Assembly: GCA_938074535.1 (NCBI GenBank)
Contig: CALJER010000031.1
Span: 1-13,400 of the forward strand
Direction: 5' to 3'
Source of the DNA: an uncultured archaeon
GTDB taxonomy: Archaea > Hadarchaeota > Hadarchaeia > Hadarchaeales > WYZ-LMO6
DNA: 13,400 nt
Positions 1-8,325 of the stretch are shown here, in pieces. The notes under the pieces were generated by a model. It was not told the origin of the DNA. It searched no databases and worked only from the letters and a program-made list of their open reading frames with translations. Every line of letters starts with the position of its first letter. Within the stretch, counting starts at the first letter, position 1. Made by a program: the position numbers and the translations under genes.

Positions 1-13
1 TTTTTTCTTTTTT
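1..13 (+). terminator. T-rich tract, possible terminator of an upstream gene outside the window
   Basis: TTTTTTCTTTTTT at the window start in an otherwise GC-rich background. Oligo-T tracts act as archaeal intrinsic terminators, but the upstream gene is not visible. Confidence 0.35.
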
Positions 14-40
14 CCCGCCTTCTGCAGCCTCCTCTCTGCG

Positions 41-50
41 AGCTTTTTAA
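41..50 (+). promoter_or_regulatory. TATA-box-like element for the aro operon
   Basis: AGCTTTTTAA ends 30 nt before the ATG at 81, followed by an AGGTGG SD-like motif. The identical 10-mer recurs on the minus strand at 8774-8783 upstream of another gene. Confidence 0.55.
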
Positions 51-80
51 TCCCCGCAGAGGGAGTAGGAAGGTGGTCGG

Positions 81-881
81 ATGTCGCTGGTGGGGAAGAA
101 GATAAGGCTGGAGCGGATCATCGACCGCAGAACCAGGAGGACGGTCATCGTGCCCATGGACCACGGCCTCACCATGGGACCCCTGCAGGGCCTGGAGAAC
201 ATGGAGGAGGCCATAGACAGGGTGGCGAGGGGGGGAGCCAACGCGGTGGTCCTACACAAGGGGATAGTGAGGGCAGGGCACAGGGGGTACGGGAGGGACA
301 TAGGCCTCCTCATCCACCTCTCGGGCAGCACCTCCCTGGGTCCCAACCCCAACTGCAAGGTCCCCGTGGCCACGGTGGAGGAGGCGATAAGGCTGGGGGC
401 GGACGGGGTCTCCGTGCACATCAACGTGGGGGCGGAGAACGAACAGGAGCAGCTGACACACCTGGGGGAGGTGGCGAAGACCTGCGAGCTCTGGGGCATG
501 CCCCTGTTCGCCATGATGTACCCCAGGGGACCGAAGGTGAAGAGCGAGCACGATCCCGCGGCCGTGGCCCACGCGGCCAGGGTGGGGGCGGAGCTGGGGG
601 CGGACATCGTGAAGACCGTTTACACGGGCGACATCGATTCCTTCCGGAAGGTGGTGAGGGGCTGTCCCGTCCCCGTGGTGATAGCGGGGGGACCCAAGCT
701 TGAGACGGAAGCCGACGTGCTCAGGCTGGCGAGGGAGGCCATCGAGGCGGGGGCCATAGGTGTCTCCATAGGGAGGAACGTCTTCCAGCACCCCAACCCG
801 GTGGGGATGGTGAGGGCCCTCAGCAGGATCGTGCACGAGAACTGGTCGATGGAAGAGGCGCTGGAAGAACTGAAGCGGTGA
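81..881 (+). CDS. aroA': 2-amino-3,7-dideoxy-D-threo-hept-6-ulosonate (ADH) synthase, class I aldolase DhnA/MJ0400 family
   Basis: 266 aa. Motifs [24 protein letters not shown] (Schiff-base Lys), PVVIAGG and GRNVFQ. Lies immediately upstream of DHQ synthase II. Confidence 0.92.
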   Translation: MSLVGKKIRLERIIDRRTRRTVIVPMDHGLTMGPLQGLENMEEAIDRVARGGANAVVLHKGIVRAGHRGYGRDIGLLIHLSGSTSLGPNPNCKVPVATVEEAIRLGADGVSVHINVGAENEQEQLTHLGEVAKTCELWGMPLFAMMYPRGPKVKSEHDPAAVAHAARVGAELGADIVKTVYTGDIDSFRKVVRGCPVPVVIAGGPKLETEADVLRLAREAIEAGAIGVSIGRNVFQHPNPVGMVRALSRIVHENWSMEEALEELKR

Positions 882-1990
882 AGGGTTTGAACCGCAAGCT
901 CTTCTGGGTCAGGGCAGAAAGGGAGGGAAGCGTGGATCCCTCCCTCCTCTCCGCCGCCCTCGAGGCCGGGGCGGAAGCCCTCCTGGTCCCGGGGAAGGAA
1001 GCGGAGAGAGTCAGGGGTAAGGGGGTGGTCAAGATCGTCTCGGAGGATCACCTGCCGCAGGTGGACATTCTCCTGGGCAAGCTCCCCTCCCCCGCCGAGC
1101 TCGCAGCGGTGGAAAGGCTGGCGGCGGAGGCCAGGAGGCTGGGGAAGGAGGCCGCCGTGCTGGTGGAGGTGAGGGACAAGGAGATGGAGCAGGCGGCCGC
1201 CAGAGCCGCGGGCTGGGCGGACTACGTGGTGGTGTGGGGTAAGGACTGGAAGATCATACCGCTGGAGAACCTGATCGCCGCCCTCCACAGGAGAGGGGGA
1301 AAGCTGCTGGCGCTGGTCAGGGACGCCGGGGAAGCCAGGGTGGCGCTGGAGACGCTGGAGCTGGGGGCGGACGGGGTGCTCCTGGAGGCCCAGGGGCCCG
1401 AGGAGGTCAGGCGAACGGGTGAGGTGGTCCGCAGCAGGGAGGCCGGGAGGGTGGAGCTCGTCCCCGCCAGGGTGGTGAGGGTGAAGGCGGTGGGCTCGGG
1501 AGACAGGGCATGCGTGGACACCTGCTCCCTCCTGAGGGAGGGCGAGGGAATGCTGGTGGGCAGCCAGGCGGAGGGGATGTTCCTGGTGCACTCCGAGACG
1601 GTGAAGAGCGAGTTCGTGGAGACCAGGCCCTTCAGGGTGAACGCCGGGGCGGTCCACGGGTACATCATGGTGCCAGGAAGGACCAGGTACCTCTCCGAGC
1701 TCTCCTCGGGGGAGGAGGTGCTGGTGGTGGATGCCTCGGGAAGGGCGAGGCCGGAGGTGGTGGGAAGGGTCAAGATAGAGCGGAGGCCCCTCCTGCTGGT
1801 GGAGGCGGTGGCGGGGGAGAGGAGCCTGAAGGTGGTGCTCCAGAACGCGGAGACGATCAACCTGGTCAGCAAGGAGGGCAAGCCCCTCCCGGTGACGAGG
1901 CTGAAGGAAGGTGACGAGGTTCTCGTGCACCTCTCCGGGAAGGGGAGGCACTTCGGCATGGCCGTGGAAGAGTCCGTGATCGAGAGGTGA
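878..1990 (+). CDS. aroB': 3-dehydroquinate synthase II (MJ1249 family)
   Basis: 370 aa. Motifs [61 protein letters not shown] and GRHFGM. GTGA overlap with the ADH synthase stop. Confidence 0.95.
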   Translation: MKGLNRKLFWVRAEREGSVDPSLLSAALEAGAEALLVPGKEAERVRGKGVVKIVSEDHLPQVDILLGKLPSPAELAAVERLAAEARRLGKEAAVLVEVRDKEMEQAAARAAGWADYVVVWGKDWKIIPLENLIAALHRRGGKLLALVRDAGEARVALETLELGADGVLLEAQGPEEVRRTGEVVRSREAGRVELVPARVVRVKAVGSGDRACVDTCSLLREGEGMLVGSQAEGMFLVHSETVKSEFVETRPFRVNAGAVHGYIMVPGRTRYLSELSSGEEVLVVDASGRARPEVVGRVKIERRPLLLVEAVAGERSLKVVLQNAETINLVSKEGKPLPVTRLKEGDEVLVHLSGKGRHFGMAVEESVIER

Positions 1991-2709
1991 GGAGCCTGAC
2001 CCCTGGAGTCCTGCGGCTGGGGGATAGGAGGCTCAGGACCCCTGCCGTGTGCGGCTCCGTGATGGAGTCCACCCTGGAGGGGATGGAGAGGGGAAAGAGG
2101 AAGGCCGAGAGGTCGGGGGCCGACCTGGTGGAGCTGCGGCTGGACGGCTTGAGGGAGCCACCGGACTGGGACAGGCTGCTGGGGGGGAGACTGCCCGTCA
2201 TCCTCACCCACCGTCCCGAAAGGGAGGGAGGAGGCTTCAGGGGAAGGGAGGAGGAAAGGGTGGGGAGACTGATGGAAGGGATGGAGCAAGGGGGGTCCTG
2301 CGTCGACCTGGAGTTCTCCACCCCTCCGCACCTGCTGCGCGAGGTGCTCTCGCGGGCGAGGGAGGAGGGGACGACCGTGATCCTCTCCCACCACGAGCTC
2401 TCCGGCACTCCCCCCCTCGGGCACCTCCTGAAGACCGCCAGGAGGATGGAAAGGCTGGGGGACCTGGTCAAGGTGGTCACGCTCGCCAGGAACACGGAGG
2501 AGGTGCTCAGGATCCTGGAGTTCCTGCACCGGGCCAGGCTCTCCGTGCCCCTGGTCTCCTTCGCCATGGGGGAGGTGGGGACCCTGAGCAGGATCCTCTC
2601 CGCCCTCCTGGGCTCCCCCCTCGTGTACGCCTCGGTGGGTAAGCCCACGGCCCCGGGGCAGCTGGACGTGGAAACCACCAGGCTCCTGCTGGAGAGGGTG
2701 AGGAAGTGA
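1987..2709 (+). CDS. aroD: Type I 3-dehydroquinate dehydratase
   Basis: 240 aa. Motifs ADLVELRLD, PVILTHRPEREGG, VDLE, ILSHH, DLVKVV, FAMGEVGTLSR and APGQL. GTGA overlap with the previous gene. Confidence 0.93.
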   Translation: MRSLTPGVLRLGDRRLRTPAVCGSVMESTLEGMERGKRKAERSGADLVELRLDGLREPPDWDRLLGGRLPVILTHRPEREGGGFRGREEERVGRLMEGMEQGGSCVDLEFSTPPHLLREVLSRAREEGTTVILSHHELSGTPPLGHLLKTARRMERLGDLVKVVTLARNTEEVLRILEFLHRARLSVPLVSFAMGEVGTLSRILSALLGSPLVYASVGKPTAPGQLDVETTRLLLERVRK

Positions 2710-3551
2710 TCTCCGCCGGCACCAGAATCTTCGCCCTCATCGGGGACCCCGTGGAGGGGAGCCTCTCCCCCCCCATGCACAACGCCGCCTTCAGGCACCT
2801 GGGGCTGAACTGCCTCTACGTCGCCTTCAGGGTCCCCTCCCCCCTGCTGAGGGAAGCCGTGCTGGGGGTGAGGGCCATGGGCATGGGGGGCCTGAACGTG
2901 ACCTTCCCCCACAAAACGGCCATCCTCCCCTTCCTGGATGAGCTGGATCCCTCCGCCAGAGAGGTGGGGGCGGTCAACACGGTGAAGAACGAGGGGGGAA
3001 GGCTGATAGGCTTCAACACGGACGGAGAGGGGGCCGTGAGGTTCCTGAGGGAGAAGCTGGGCTCCCTGAAGGGGAAGAGGGCGGTGATGCTCGGGGCGGG
3101 GGGGGCGGCCAGGGCCATCGCCTTCTCCCTGCTGAGGGAGGGGGCGGAGCTCACCCTCCTCAACCGGACGCCGAGCAGGGCCAAGAGGCTGGCCTCCGAG
3201 CTCGGGAAGAAGGGAGCCGTGAGGGTCTCCTGGGGGGGGCTGGGGAAGGAAGAGCTGAGGGAAGCCCTCTCCTCCGCCGACCTCCTCCTCAACGCCACGC
3301 CCGTGGGAATGGACAGGAGGGACGAGACGCTGGTGACCCACGACCTCATGCACCCGAACCTCTTCGTGATGGATCTGGTCTACCATCCGCCGGAAACCAG
3401 GCTCATGAGGGAGGCCAGGAAGGCGGGGGCCAGGGCGGAGAACGGGCTGGGGATGCTGCTGCACCAGGCGGCCCTTTCCTTCACCATCTTTACGGGGAGG
3501 AGGGCCCCGCTGCAGGTCATGAGAAGGGCCCTGCGGGAGGCGAGGGGATGA
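2706..3551 (+). CDS. aroE: Shikimate dehydrogenase
   Basis: 281 aa. Motifs GDPVEGSLSP, GLNVTFPHK, GAVNT, GFNTDGEG, GAGGAARA, NRT, NATPVGM, DLVYHP and GLGMLLHQA. Confidence 0.96.
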   Translation: MISAGTRIFALIGDPVEGSLSPPMHNAAFRHLGLNCLYVAFRVPSPLLREAVLGVRAMGMGGLNVTFPHKTAILPFLDELDPSAREVGAVNTVKNEGGRLIGFNTDGEGAVRFLREKLGSLKGKRAVMLGAGGAARAIAFSLLREGAELTLLNRTPSRAKRLASELGKKGAVRVSWGGLGKEELREALSSADLLLNATPVGMDRRDETLVTHDLMHPNLFVMDLVYHPPETRLMREARKAGARAENGLGMLLHQAALSFTIFTGRRAPLQVMRRALREARG

Positions 3552-4393
3552 AGCTGGGGATAGCGGGGGCGGGGGCCATGGGAGCCTGGTTCGCCTCCCT
3601 TGCACGGTCGGCGGGATGGGAGGTCTACCTCTTCGACCTCCTGCCGGAAAGGGCAGAAAGGGTCGCCAGGAGGGTGGGGGGGAGGAGGGTGGGCACGCTG
3701 AGGGAGCTCGGGGAAAGGGGCGAGGTCCTGCTGGTGGCGGTGCCCATCTCCAGGACACCGGAGGTGGTGAGGAAGCTCTCGGAGGCGGCGGGTGGGGGAA
3801 AGCTCCTGGCGGACATAGCCTCCGTGAAGAGCGAGGTGGTGCGCACCATGAGGAGGATCGAAAAGGGACCGGAGCTGGCCTCCCTCCATCCGCTGTTCGG
3901 GCCCGGCGCCAGGGGGCTCAGGGGCAAGACGGTGGTCTCCGTGCCCGTGAGGGTGGGGGGGAGGTACAGGAGCTTCCTCCGCTTCCTCTCCTCACAAGGG
4001 GCCAGGGTGGTGGAGATGAACGAGGAGGAACACGACAGGACGATGGCCTTCGTTCAGGCCCTCACCCACTTCGTCCTCCTCTCCTGCGCGGAAACCCTCG
4101 GGGAGCTGAAGCTCGACGAAAGATTCTCCACACCCCTCTTCTCCTCCCTCCTGCAGCTGGTGAGGGCCTCCCTGGCCTCCGATCCCTCCCTCTGCGGGGA
4201 CATCCAGCTCCTGAACCCCCATTCCAGGAGGGCCCGTGAGAAGCTGATGGGGGTGATGCGGGAGCTGCACGAGGAGCTCTCCTCCGGGAGGGCGGAGGGG
4301 CTCCGCAGGATCCTGGAGAGAAGGGGAAGGGAGTGGGGAAGGGAGATCAGGAGAGCGTACAGGGAGCTCTACCAAGGGTTTGAGGAAGGCTGA
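3548..4393 (+). CDS. tyrA: Prephenate/arogenate dehydrogenase (TyrA family)
   Basis: 281 aa. Rossmann motif GIAGAGAMG, plus VAVPI, DIASVK, LHPLFGP and EEHDRTMAFVQALTH. ATGA overlap with aroE. Confidence 0.9.
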   Translation: MKLGIAGAGAMGAWFASLARSAGWEVYLFDLLPERAERVARRVGGRRVGTLRELGERGEVLLVAVPISRTPEVVRKLSEAAGGGKLLADIASVKSEVVRTMRRIEKGPELASLHPLFGPGARGLRGKTVVSVPVRVGGRYRSFLRFLSSQGARVVEMNEEEHDRTMAFVQALTHFVLLSCAETLGELKLDERFSTPLFSSLLQLVRASLASDPSLCGDIQLLNPHSRRAREKLMGVMRELHEELSSGRAEGLRRILERRGREWGREIRRAYRELYQGFEEG

Positions 4394-5325
4394 CCCGCTT
4401 CGGGCTCCAGACCGTAAAGCTCCCTCCTCCTGGCCTCCAGCGGTTCGGGTTCTTTCCCCAGGAGCTCGGCGGCCGTGCAGAGCCTGTGCCCCCTCCCCTC
4501 CGCCTCCTTCCTGAGGGGAGAAAGGTACTCGGGATAGTCCAGGGAGCGAAGCAGGTGATGGTCCACCACCACCAGGGGGACCTGCCTGACCAGCCTCCTG
4601 AGGGTCTCCCTCGCCTCCTCGAGCTCCGCCTGCCCCACCCCAAAACCCCTCAGGTAGAGGGGAGGACCCCCCACCACCACCATCTGCGGCCCCCTCCTCA
4701 GGATGAAGGAGAGGGAAGGAGGGGAGAGGAGGCCCTGCACATCGGGGGCGTGGACCAGGCAGCATCCCCCCGCCCTCACGGAGAGCATGAGCACGTACCC
4801 CCTCCTGGACCCTTCCCTGCCGTGGGGAACGGGGTTTGAGAACTCAAGCTCGGTGCCCCCGAACCTGAACTTCCTCCCGTCGGCCACCCTGACCTCCCTG
4901 GCCAGGCCCGAACAGAACTTCTTCAGGAGGTATCCCCTCTTCCTCTGGGAAGGGGTGGTGCCGGAGGAGAAATCCTTCATCAGGACCGTCTTTCCCCGAT
5001 AAAGCCTCTCCGCCAGCGGGGGGGAGCTCCAGAGCCAGAGCCAGTTCTCGAAAGCCGGCAGGTAGTGGTCGTAGTGGAAGTGGCTCACCGTCAGGACCTC
5101 GGCCCTCCTCGCCGCCCTCTGTATGAGCTCCCTGGAGGAGGAGAGGGCCTGATATTCCTTCCGGTGGGGGGTAAGGCCGAACCGCGGGCCCAGGCAGGAG
5201 CCCGGATCAAGCACCATTTCCAGATCCTCCGTTCTGACGTGGAGGGCCATTCCCCTCACCCCCAGGCTCTCGAAGGCGAGGGGCTGCACCGCGATCTCGC
5301 CCTCCCCCACAGGGACGGGACCCAT
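4369..5325 (-). CDS. Metallo-beta-lactamase-fold hydrolase, archaeal UPF0282 family
   Basis: Motifs PLAFESLGVRGM, DPG, SHFHYDH (HxHxDH), VPHG, DVQG, GGPPLYL and DHHLLR. Start is ATG at 5325, or GTG at 5328 as in the ORF track. Confidence 0.85.
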   Translation of the reverse strand: MGPVPVGEGEIAVQPLAFESLGVRGMALHVRTEDLEMVLDPGSCLGPRFGLTPHRKEYQALSSSRELIQRAARRAEVLTVSHFHYDHYLPAFENWLWLWSSPPLAERLYRGKTVLMKDFSSGTTPSQRKRGYLLKKFCSGLAREVRVADGRKFRFGGTELEFSNPVPHGREGSRRGYVLMLSVRAGGCCLVHAPDVQGLLSPPSLSFILRRGPQMVVVGGPPLYLRGFGVGQAELEEARETLRRLVRQVPLVVVDHHLLRSLDYPEYLSPLRKEAEGRGHRLCTAAELLGKEPEPLEARRRELYGLEPEAGQPSSNPW

Positions 5326-5379
5326 CACCTCTCCAGGTTTCCCACCCTCATATCCCTACCGCGGCCGGGACCCCACCCG

Positions 5380-5386
5380 TATAAAT
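5380..5386. promoter_or_regulatory. TATA box in the divergent intergenic region, possibly used in both directions
   Basis: TATAAAT on + ends 22 nt before the PAC2 ATG at 5409, which is leaderless spacing. It reads ATTTATA on the minus strand towards the UPF0282 gene, and it is the only clear TATA-like island in the spacer. Confidence 0.6.
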
Positions 5387-5408
5387 CCGGGGAAGGCGAG
5401 AAAAGAGG

Positions 5409-6122
5409 ATGCTTCTCCTGAAGCGGTTGGACAGCAAACCCTTCAAGGCACCCCTTCTGATCGCCGGCTTCCCTGGAATAGCCAACGTGGGAAGGGTCTC
5501 GGCCGAGTTCCTGATCCAGGAGCTGAAGGCCAGGACCTTCATGGAGGTCTACTCCTCCCACCTGCCCGAGTGGGTGATCCGGGAGGGCGAAGGGGTGAGC
5601 GCCCTCAAGATAAGGCTCTGCCGGGCCAGGGCAAAGGGGAAAAACCTCATCCTGGCCACCTCCGACGCCCAGGCCCTCTCCCCCTTCGGGCAGTACAAGC
5701 TCTCCGACCAGCTGCTGGACGCCGTGAAGGGGTACGGCGTGAACACGGTGATAACGATGGCTGCCTATGTCCTCCCGCCCCAGGAGAGGAAGAAGGGGGT
5801 CTTCGCCGCCGCCACCGATCCCAAGGCCTTCAGGGAGTTCTGGGAGAAGGGGGCCGTGGCGCTGGACGGAGGTATGATCGTGGGCATGAACGGACTGCTG
5901 GTGGGGCTGGCGGCCCTGAGGGGCTGGAGGGGGATATGTCTGATGGGGGCCACGCACGGGGGAATGCTGGACCTGGAGGCCTCCTCCCACATCCTGCGCC
6001 TGCTCTCGGAGGTCTACGGGCTGGGCCTGAAGGTGGAGAATCTGGACAGGTACACCTCCGGTCTCCCGGACCTGAGGTTCCCCGCGGAGCCGGAGCCCTC
6101 CGGAGAGAGCCTCTACATCTGA
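5409..6122 (+). CDS. PAC2-family proteasome assembly chaperone / activator-like protein
   Basis: 237 aa. Motifs LIAGFPGIANVG, SDAQ..GQY, IVGMNGLL and GICLMGAT. C-terminus is ..SLYI. Confidence 0.88.
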   Translation: MLLLKRLDSKPFKAPLLIAGFPGIANVGRVSAEFLIQELKARTFMEVYSSHLPEWVIREGEGVSALKIRLCRARAKGKNLILATSDAQALSPFGQYKLSDQLLDAVKGYGVNTVITMAAYVLPPQERKKGVFAAATDPKAFREFWEKGAVALDGGMIVGMNGLLVGLAALRGWRGICLMGATHGGMLDLEASSHILRLLSEVYGLGLKVENLDRYTSGLPDLRFPAEPEPSGESLYI

Positions 6123-6133
6123 GGGCCAGGCGG

Positions 6134-6607
6134 ATGATAAGGGAACCCACCCCCAGGGAGCTCCTCAAGCTCAGGGCCGTGGCCGACTATCAGTTCGGAA
6201 GGGGGGTGGGCGCACATCTCTTTCCCCAGGGGCTGACCGTGGTGGTGAGCAGCGGAAGGATCAGACAGGTCTGGAAGGAAGGGACCCCCCTCTGCTCGGT
6301 GAGGGCCGCGGACGGTTTCCTCCTGCCCCACCGCGAGGGGGCCAGGATCCTCCACCGCGTCCTCCCCCCGGGGAGGCTGAGGGTGACCGTAGCGGGGGAG
6401 GCGGCGGGGGAGGTGGGAAAGGGGAGAACGGTCTTCGCCAGGCACGTGCTGGACGCGGACCCGGGGATAAGGCCCAGGGAGGAGGTCCTGGTGGTGGATC
6501 CTTCCGGCAGGCTCCTGGCCACCGGAACGGCCCTCCTGAGCGGCGGGGAAATGAAAGCGTTTAAACGGGGGAAGGCGGTGAAGGTGAGGTGGGGAATTGC
6601 TCCCTAA
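6134..6607 (+). CDS. Stand-alone C2+PUA domain protein, resembling the C-terminal part of archaeosine tRNA-guanine transglycosylase
   Basis: 157 aa from the ATG at 6134, in the frame of ORF 5570..6607. Motifs LRAVADYQFG, GRIRQV, GRTVFARHV, DPGIRPREEVLVV, LLATG.ALLS and G.AVKVR.G. Confidence 0.85.
   Translation: MIREPTPRELLKLRAVADYQFGRGVGAHLFPQGLTVVVSSGRIRQVWKEGTPLCSVRAADGFLLPHREGARILHRVLPPGRLRVTVAGEAAGEVGKGRTVFARHVLDADPGIRPREEVLVVDPSGRLLATGTALLSGGEMKAFKRGKAVKVRWGIAP
6553..6566 (+). promoter_or_regulatory. Putative BRE-TATA promoter for nac, embedded in the PUA gene
   Basis: GAAAGCG-TTTAAA lies about 31 nt before the nac TTG at 6597. It is built from AAA/TTT/AAA codons, whereas these genes otherwise favour AAG/TTC. 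Confidence 0.5.
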
Positions 6608-6926
6608 GAAGCTCGACCGCAGGCAGCTGGAAAGGCTCATGCGCCAGATGGGGGTGAAGACCACGGAGCTGGAGGGGGTGGAGGAGGTCAGGGTGAGGCT
6701 GAGGGGGGAGGAGATCGTCATCTCCGCCCCCACCGTCCTCCTCACGGAGATGGGCGGACAGCGGACCTACCAGATCTCGGGGGAGGAGAGAAGGGAGAGG
6801 ATCGTGCCGGAGGAGGATGTGAGGCTGGTGATGGAGCAGACGGGGGCGAGCGAGCAGGAGGCCAGGGAGGAACTGAAGAGAACGGGGGGGAACCTGGCCG
6901 AAGCCATCCTGAGGCTCAAGAAGTAG
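6597..6926 (+). CDS. nac: Archaeal nascent polypeptide-associated complex protein
   Basis: 109 aa. Motifs RLMRQMGV, VEEV, YQISG and the UBA-like tail EEDVRLVMEQTGAS...GNLAEAILRL. TTG start preceded by GAGGTG. Confidence 0.93.
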   Translation: MLPKKLDRRQLERLMRQMGVKTTELEGVEEVRVRLRGEEIVISAPTVLLTEMGGQRTYQISGEERRERIVPEEDVRLVMEQTGASEQEAREELKRTGGNLAEAILRLKK

Positions 6927-6930
6927 CTCC

Positions 6931-7629
6931 TTGACAGACCTCTTCGGGCTTGAAGGGGTCTCAGAGTGCCTGATCCTGGAGAGGGTCAACCGCTTCACGG
7001 TGGAAGTGCTGGAGGGGGGGAGGAGGGCAAGGGCCTCCCTCAACAACACGGGTAGGCTGGAGGAGCTCGTCCGGCCGGGGAGGAAGGGCTACTGCCTGCC
7101 CGGTTCGGGAAGGCTCCCGTACCGGCTCTTCGCCGTGGAGGAGGGGGGAGGGGGAAGCGTGGTGGACACGCGCCTTCAGGCCGAGGCCTTCGAGGAGGCC
7201 CTCTCGAGGGACTTGCTGCCCTCCCTCCGGGGCTACCGGAAGAGGAAAAGGAACGTGAAGGTGGGGGAGGCGGTCCTGGATTATGAGCTGGTGGGGAAGG
7301 GGAGGACCCTGCTGGTGGAGCTGAAGAGCGCCGTCCTGCGCTCGGGCGACCTCGCCTCCTACCCCGACTGCCCCACGGAGAGGGGGAGGAAGCACCTGAA
7401 GAAGCTGATCGAGCTCTCGGGAGGAGGAAGGAGGGCCATGCTCTTTTTCATGACGAGCCTGCGGGGGGTGAGGGGGATAACCCCCAACCGCCTGGCCGAC
7501 CCGGAGCTCCACCGGCTGATGGTGGAGGCCCGAAGGAGGGGGGTGCTCATGGGAGGGGCCGGCATCCTCTTCCTGCCGGGCCCTTCCAGGGTGGTCCTGT
7601 CGGATCCCGATCTTCCCGTCTTCCTCTGA
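6931..7629 (+). CDS. sfsA: SfsA-family PD-(D/E)XK nuclease-like DNA-binding protein
   Basis: 232 aa. Motifs RVNRF, NNTGRLEEL, LDY..LVELKS, YPDCPTERGRKHL and PNRLADP. The TTG start is uncertain. Confidence 0.88.
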   Translation: MTDLFGLEGVSECLILERVNRFTVEVLEGGRRARASLNNTGRLEELVRPGRKGYCLPGSGRLPYRLFAVEEGGGGSVVDTRLQAEAFEEALSRDLLPSLRGYRKRKRNVKVGEAVLDYELVGKGRTLLVELKSAVLRSGDLASYPDCPTERGRKHLKKLIELSGGGRRAMLFFMTSLRGVRGITPNRLADPELHRLMVEARRRGVLMGGAGILFLPGPSRVVLSDPDLPVFL

Positions 7630-7665
7630 AACCCAAACCCGCGCCACGGAGGGTGAAAGCGGCTC

Positions 7666-8316
7666 CTACCCCAGGATCTCCGTCTTCTCCACGTGGCCCC
7701 CGCAGTACCTTCGGGCGTAGGTGGCCACCGCCTGAAGGGCCGCCTCCACCCTCCCGCGGGGCACGCCGGGAGCGTTCCAGGCCACGAACACCGCGCTCGA
7801 GGTCTCAAAGCCCACTCTGGCACCGGCTCCCTCCCCCCTTCCGTAGGAGGAGAGGAGCTTGTCCTGGTCCCTGAGCACGATCTCGGTGGCCGGTGGGACC
7901 ACCCTGGAGCCGTCCTGCAGGGTGAGGACCTTGTCGCCGGGGGAGAGGGTGACCTCCACCTCCCCCTTCACCTTCAGGAGGTCGAAGGGGCTGAGCGGGA
8001 CCAGATGCTCGAGGGAGGCCAGGGCGCAGGAGTCCAGCACGTTGTTGTTCCTCCCCGGGAACTCCCCCTTCACCGCCTTCTCCACCCAGAGCCTCAGGGG
8101 GAAGGGGGCCTCCTCCACGCCCATGCGCTTCAGGAACTCCCTGTAGGGGGAGAGCTCCGCGGGCAGGGACTCACCCTTTGCCCTGTATGCCTCCACCACC
8201 CCTCTCCCCCTCTCCTCGAGCGCCTCCACCGAGGTCTCCACGGTAAGGCCCGTGACCGTCACGCACCCGGAAAGGAAGCCCGGATAGAGGGAGGTCACCC
8301 TGGGATCCAGCTTCAG
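7666..8316 (-). CDS. Stand-alone B3/4 (PheRS beta editing-domain-like) protein, divergent
   Basis: Segments YREFLKRMG, NNVLD..LASLEHLVPLSPFD..KVKG, EIVLRD and terminal RYCGG. Likely CTG start at 8316 (MKLDPRVTSLYP.., 216 aa) after GAGGTGA. The ORF track starts at the in-frame GTG at 8298. Confidence 0.75.
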   Translation of the reverse strand: MKLDPRVTSLYPGFLSGCVTVTGLTVETSVEALEERGRGVVEAYRAKGESLPAELSPYREFLKRMGVEEAPFPLRLWVEKAVKGEFPGRNNNVLDSCALASLEHLVPLSPFDLLKVKGEVEVTLSPGDKVLTLQDGSRVVPPATEIVLRDQDKLLSSYGRGEGAGARVGFETSSAVFVAWNAPGVPRGRVEAALQAVATYARRYCGGHVEKTEILG

Positions 8317-8325
8317 CCTCTCACC

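Noticed and set aside
3098-3239. G8 homopolymers in aroE as possible phase-variation tracts
   Set aside because: They are in frame within Gly/Ala/Trp codons of an intact housekeeping gene, and G runs are common throughout the window.
47-4765. Long minus-strand ORFs opposite the aro operon (e.g. 620..1951, 1222..2529, 1866..3758)
   Set aside because: Antisense shadows of high-GC genes. They are Pro/His/Ser-rich with no motifs, and the plus strand carries clearly recognisable enzymes.
5570-6133. 188-codon N-terminal extension of the PUA ORF, which could suggest a fusion or overlapping gene
   Set aside because: Gly/Arg/Pro-rich off-frame read of the PAC2 gene. Homology-like sequence begins only at ATG 6134.
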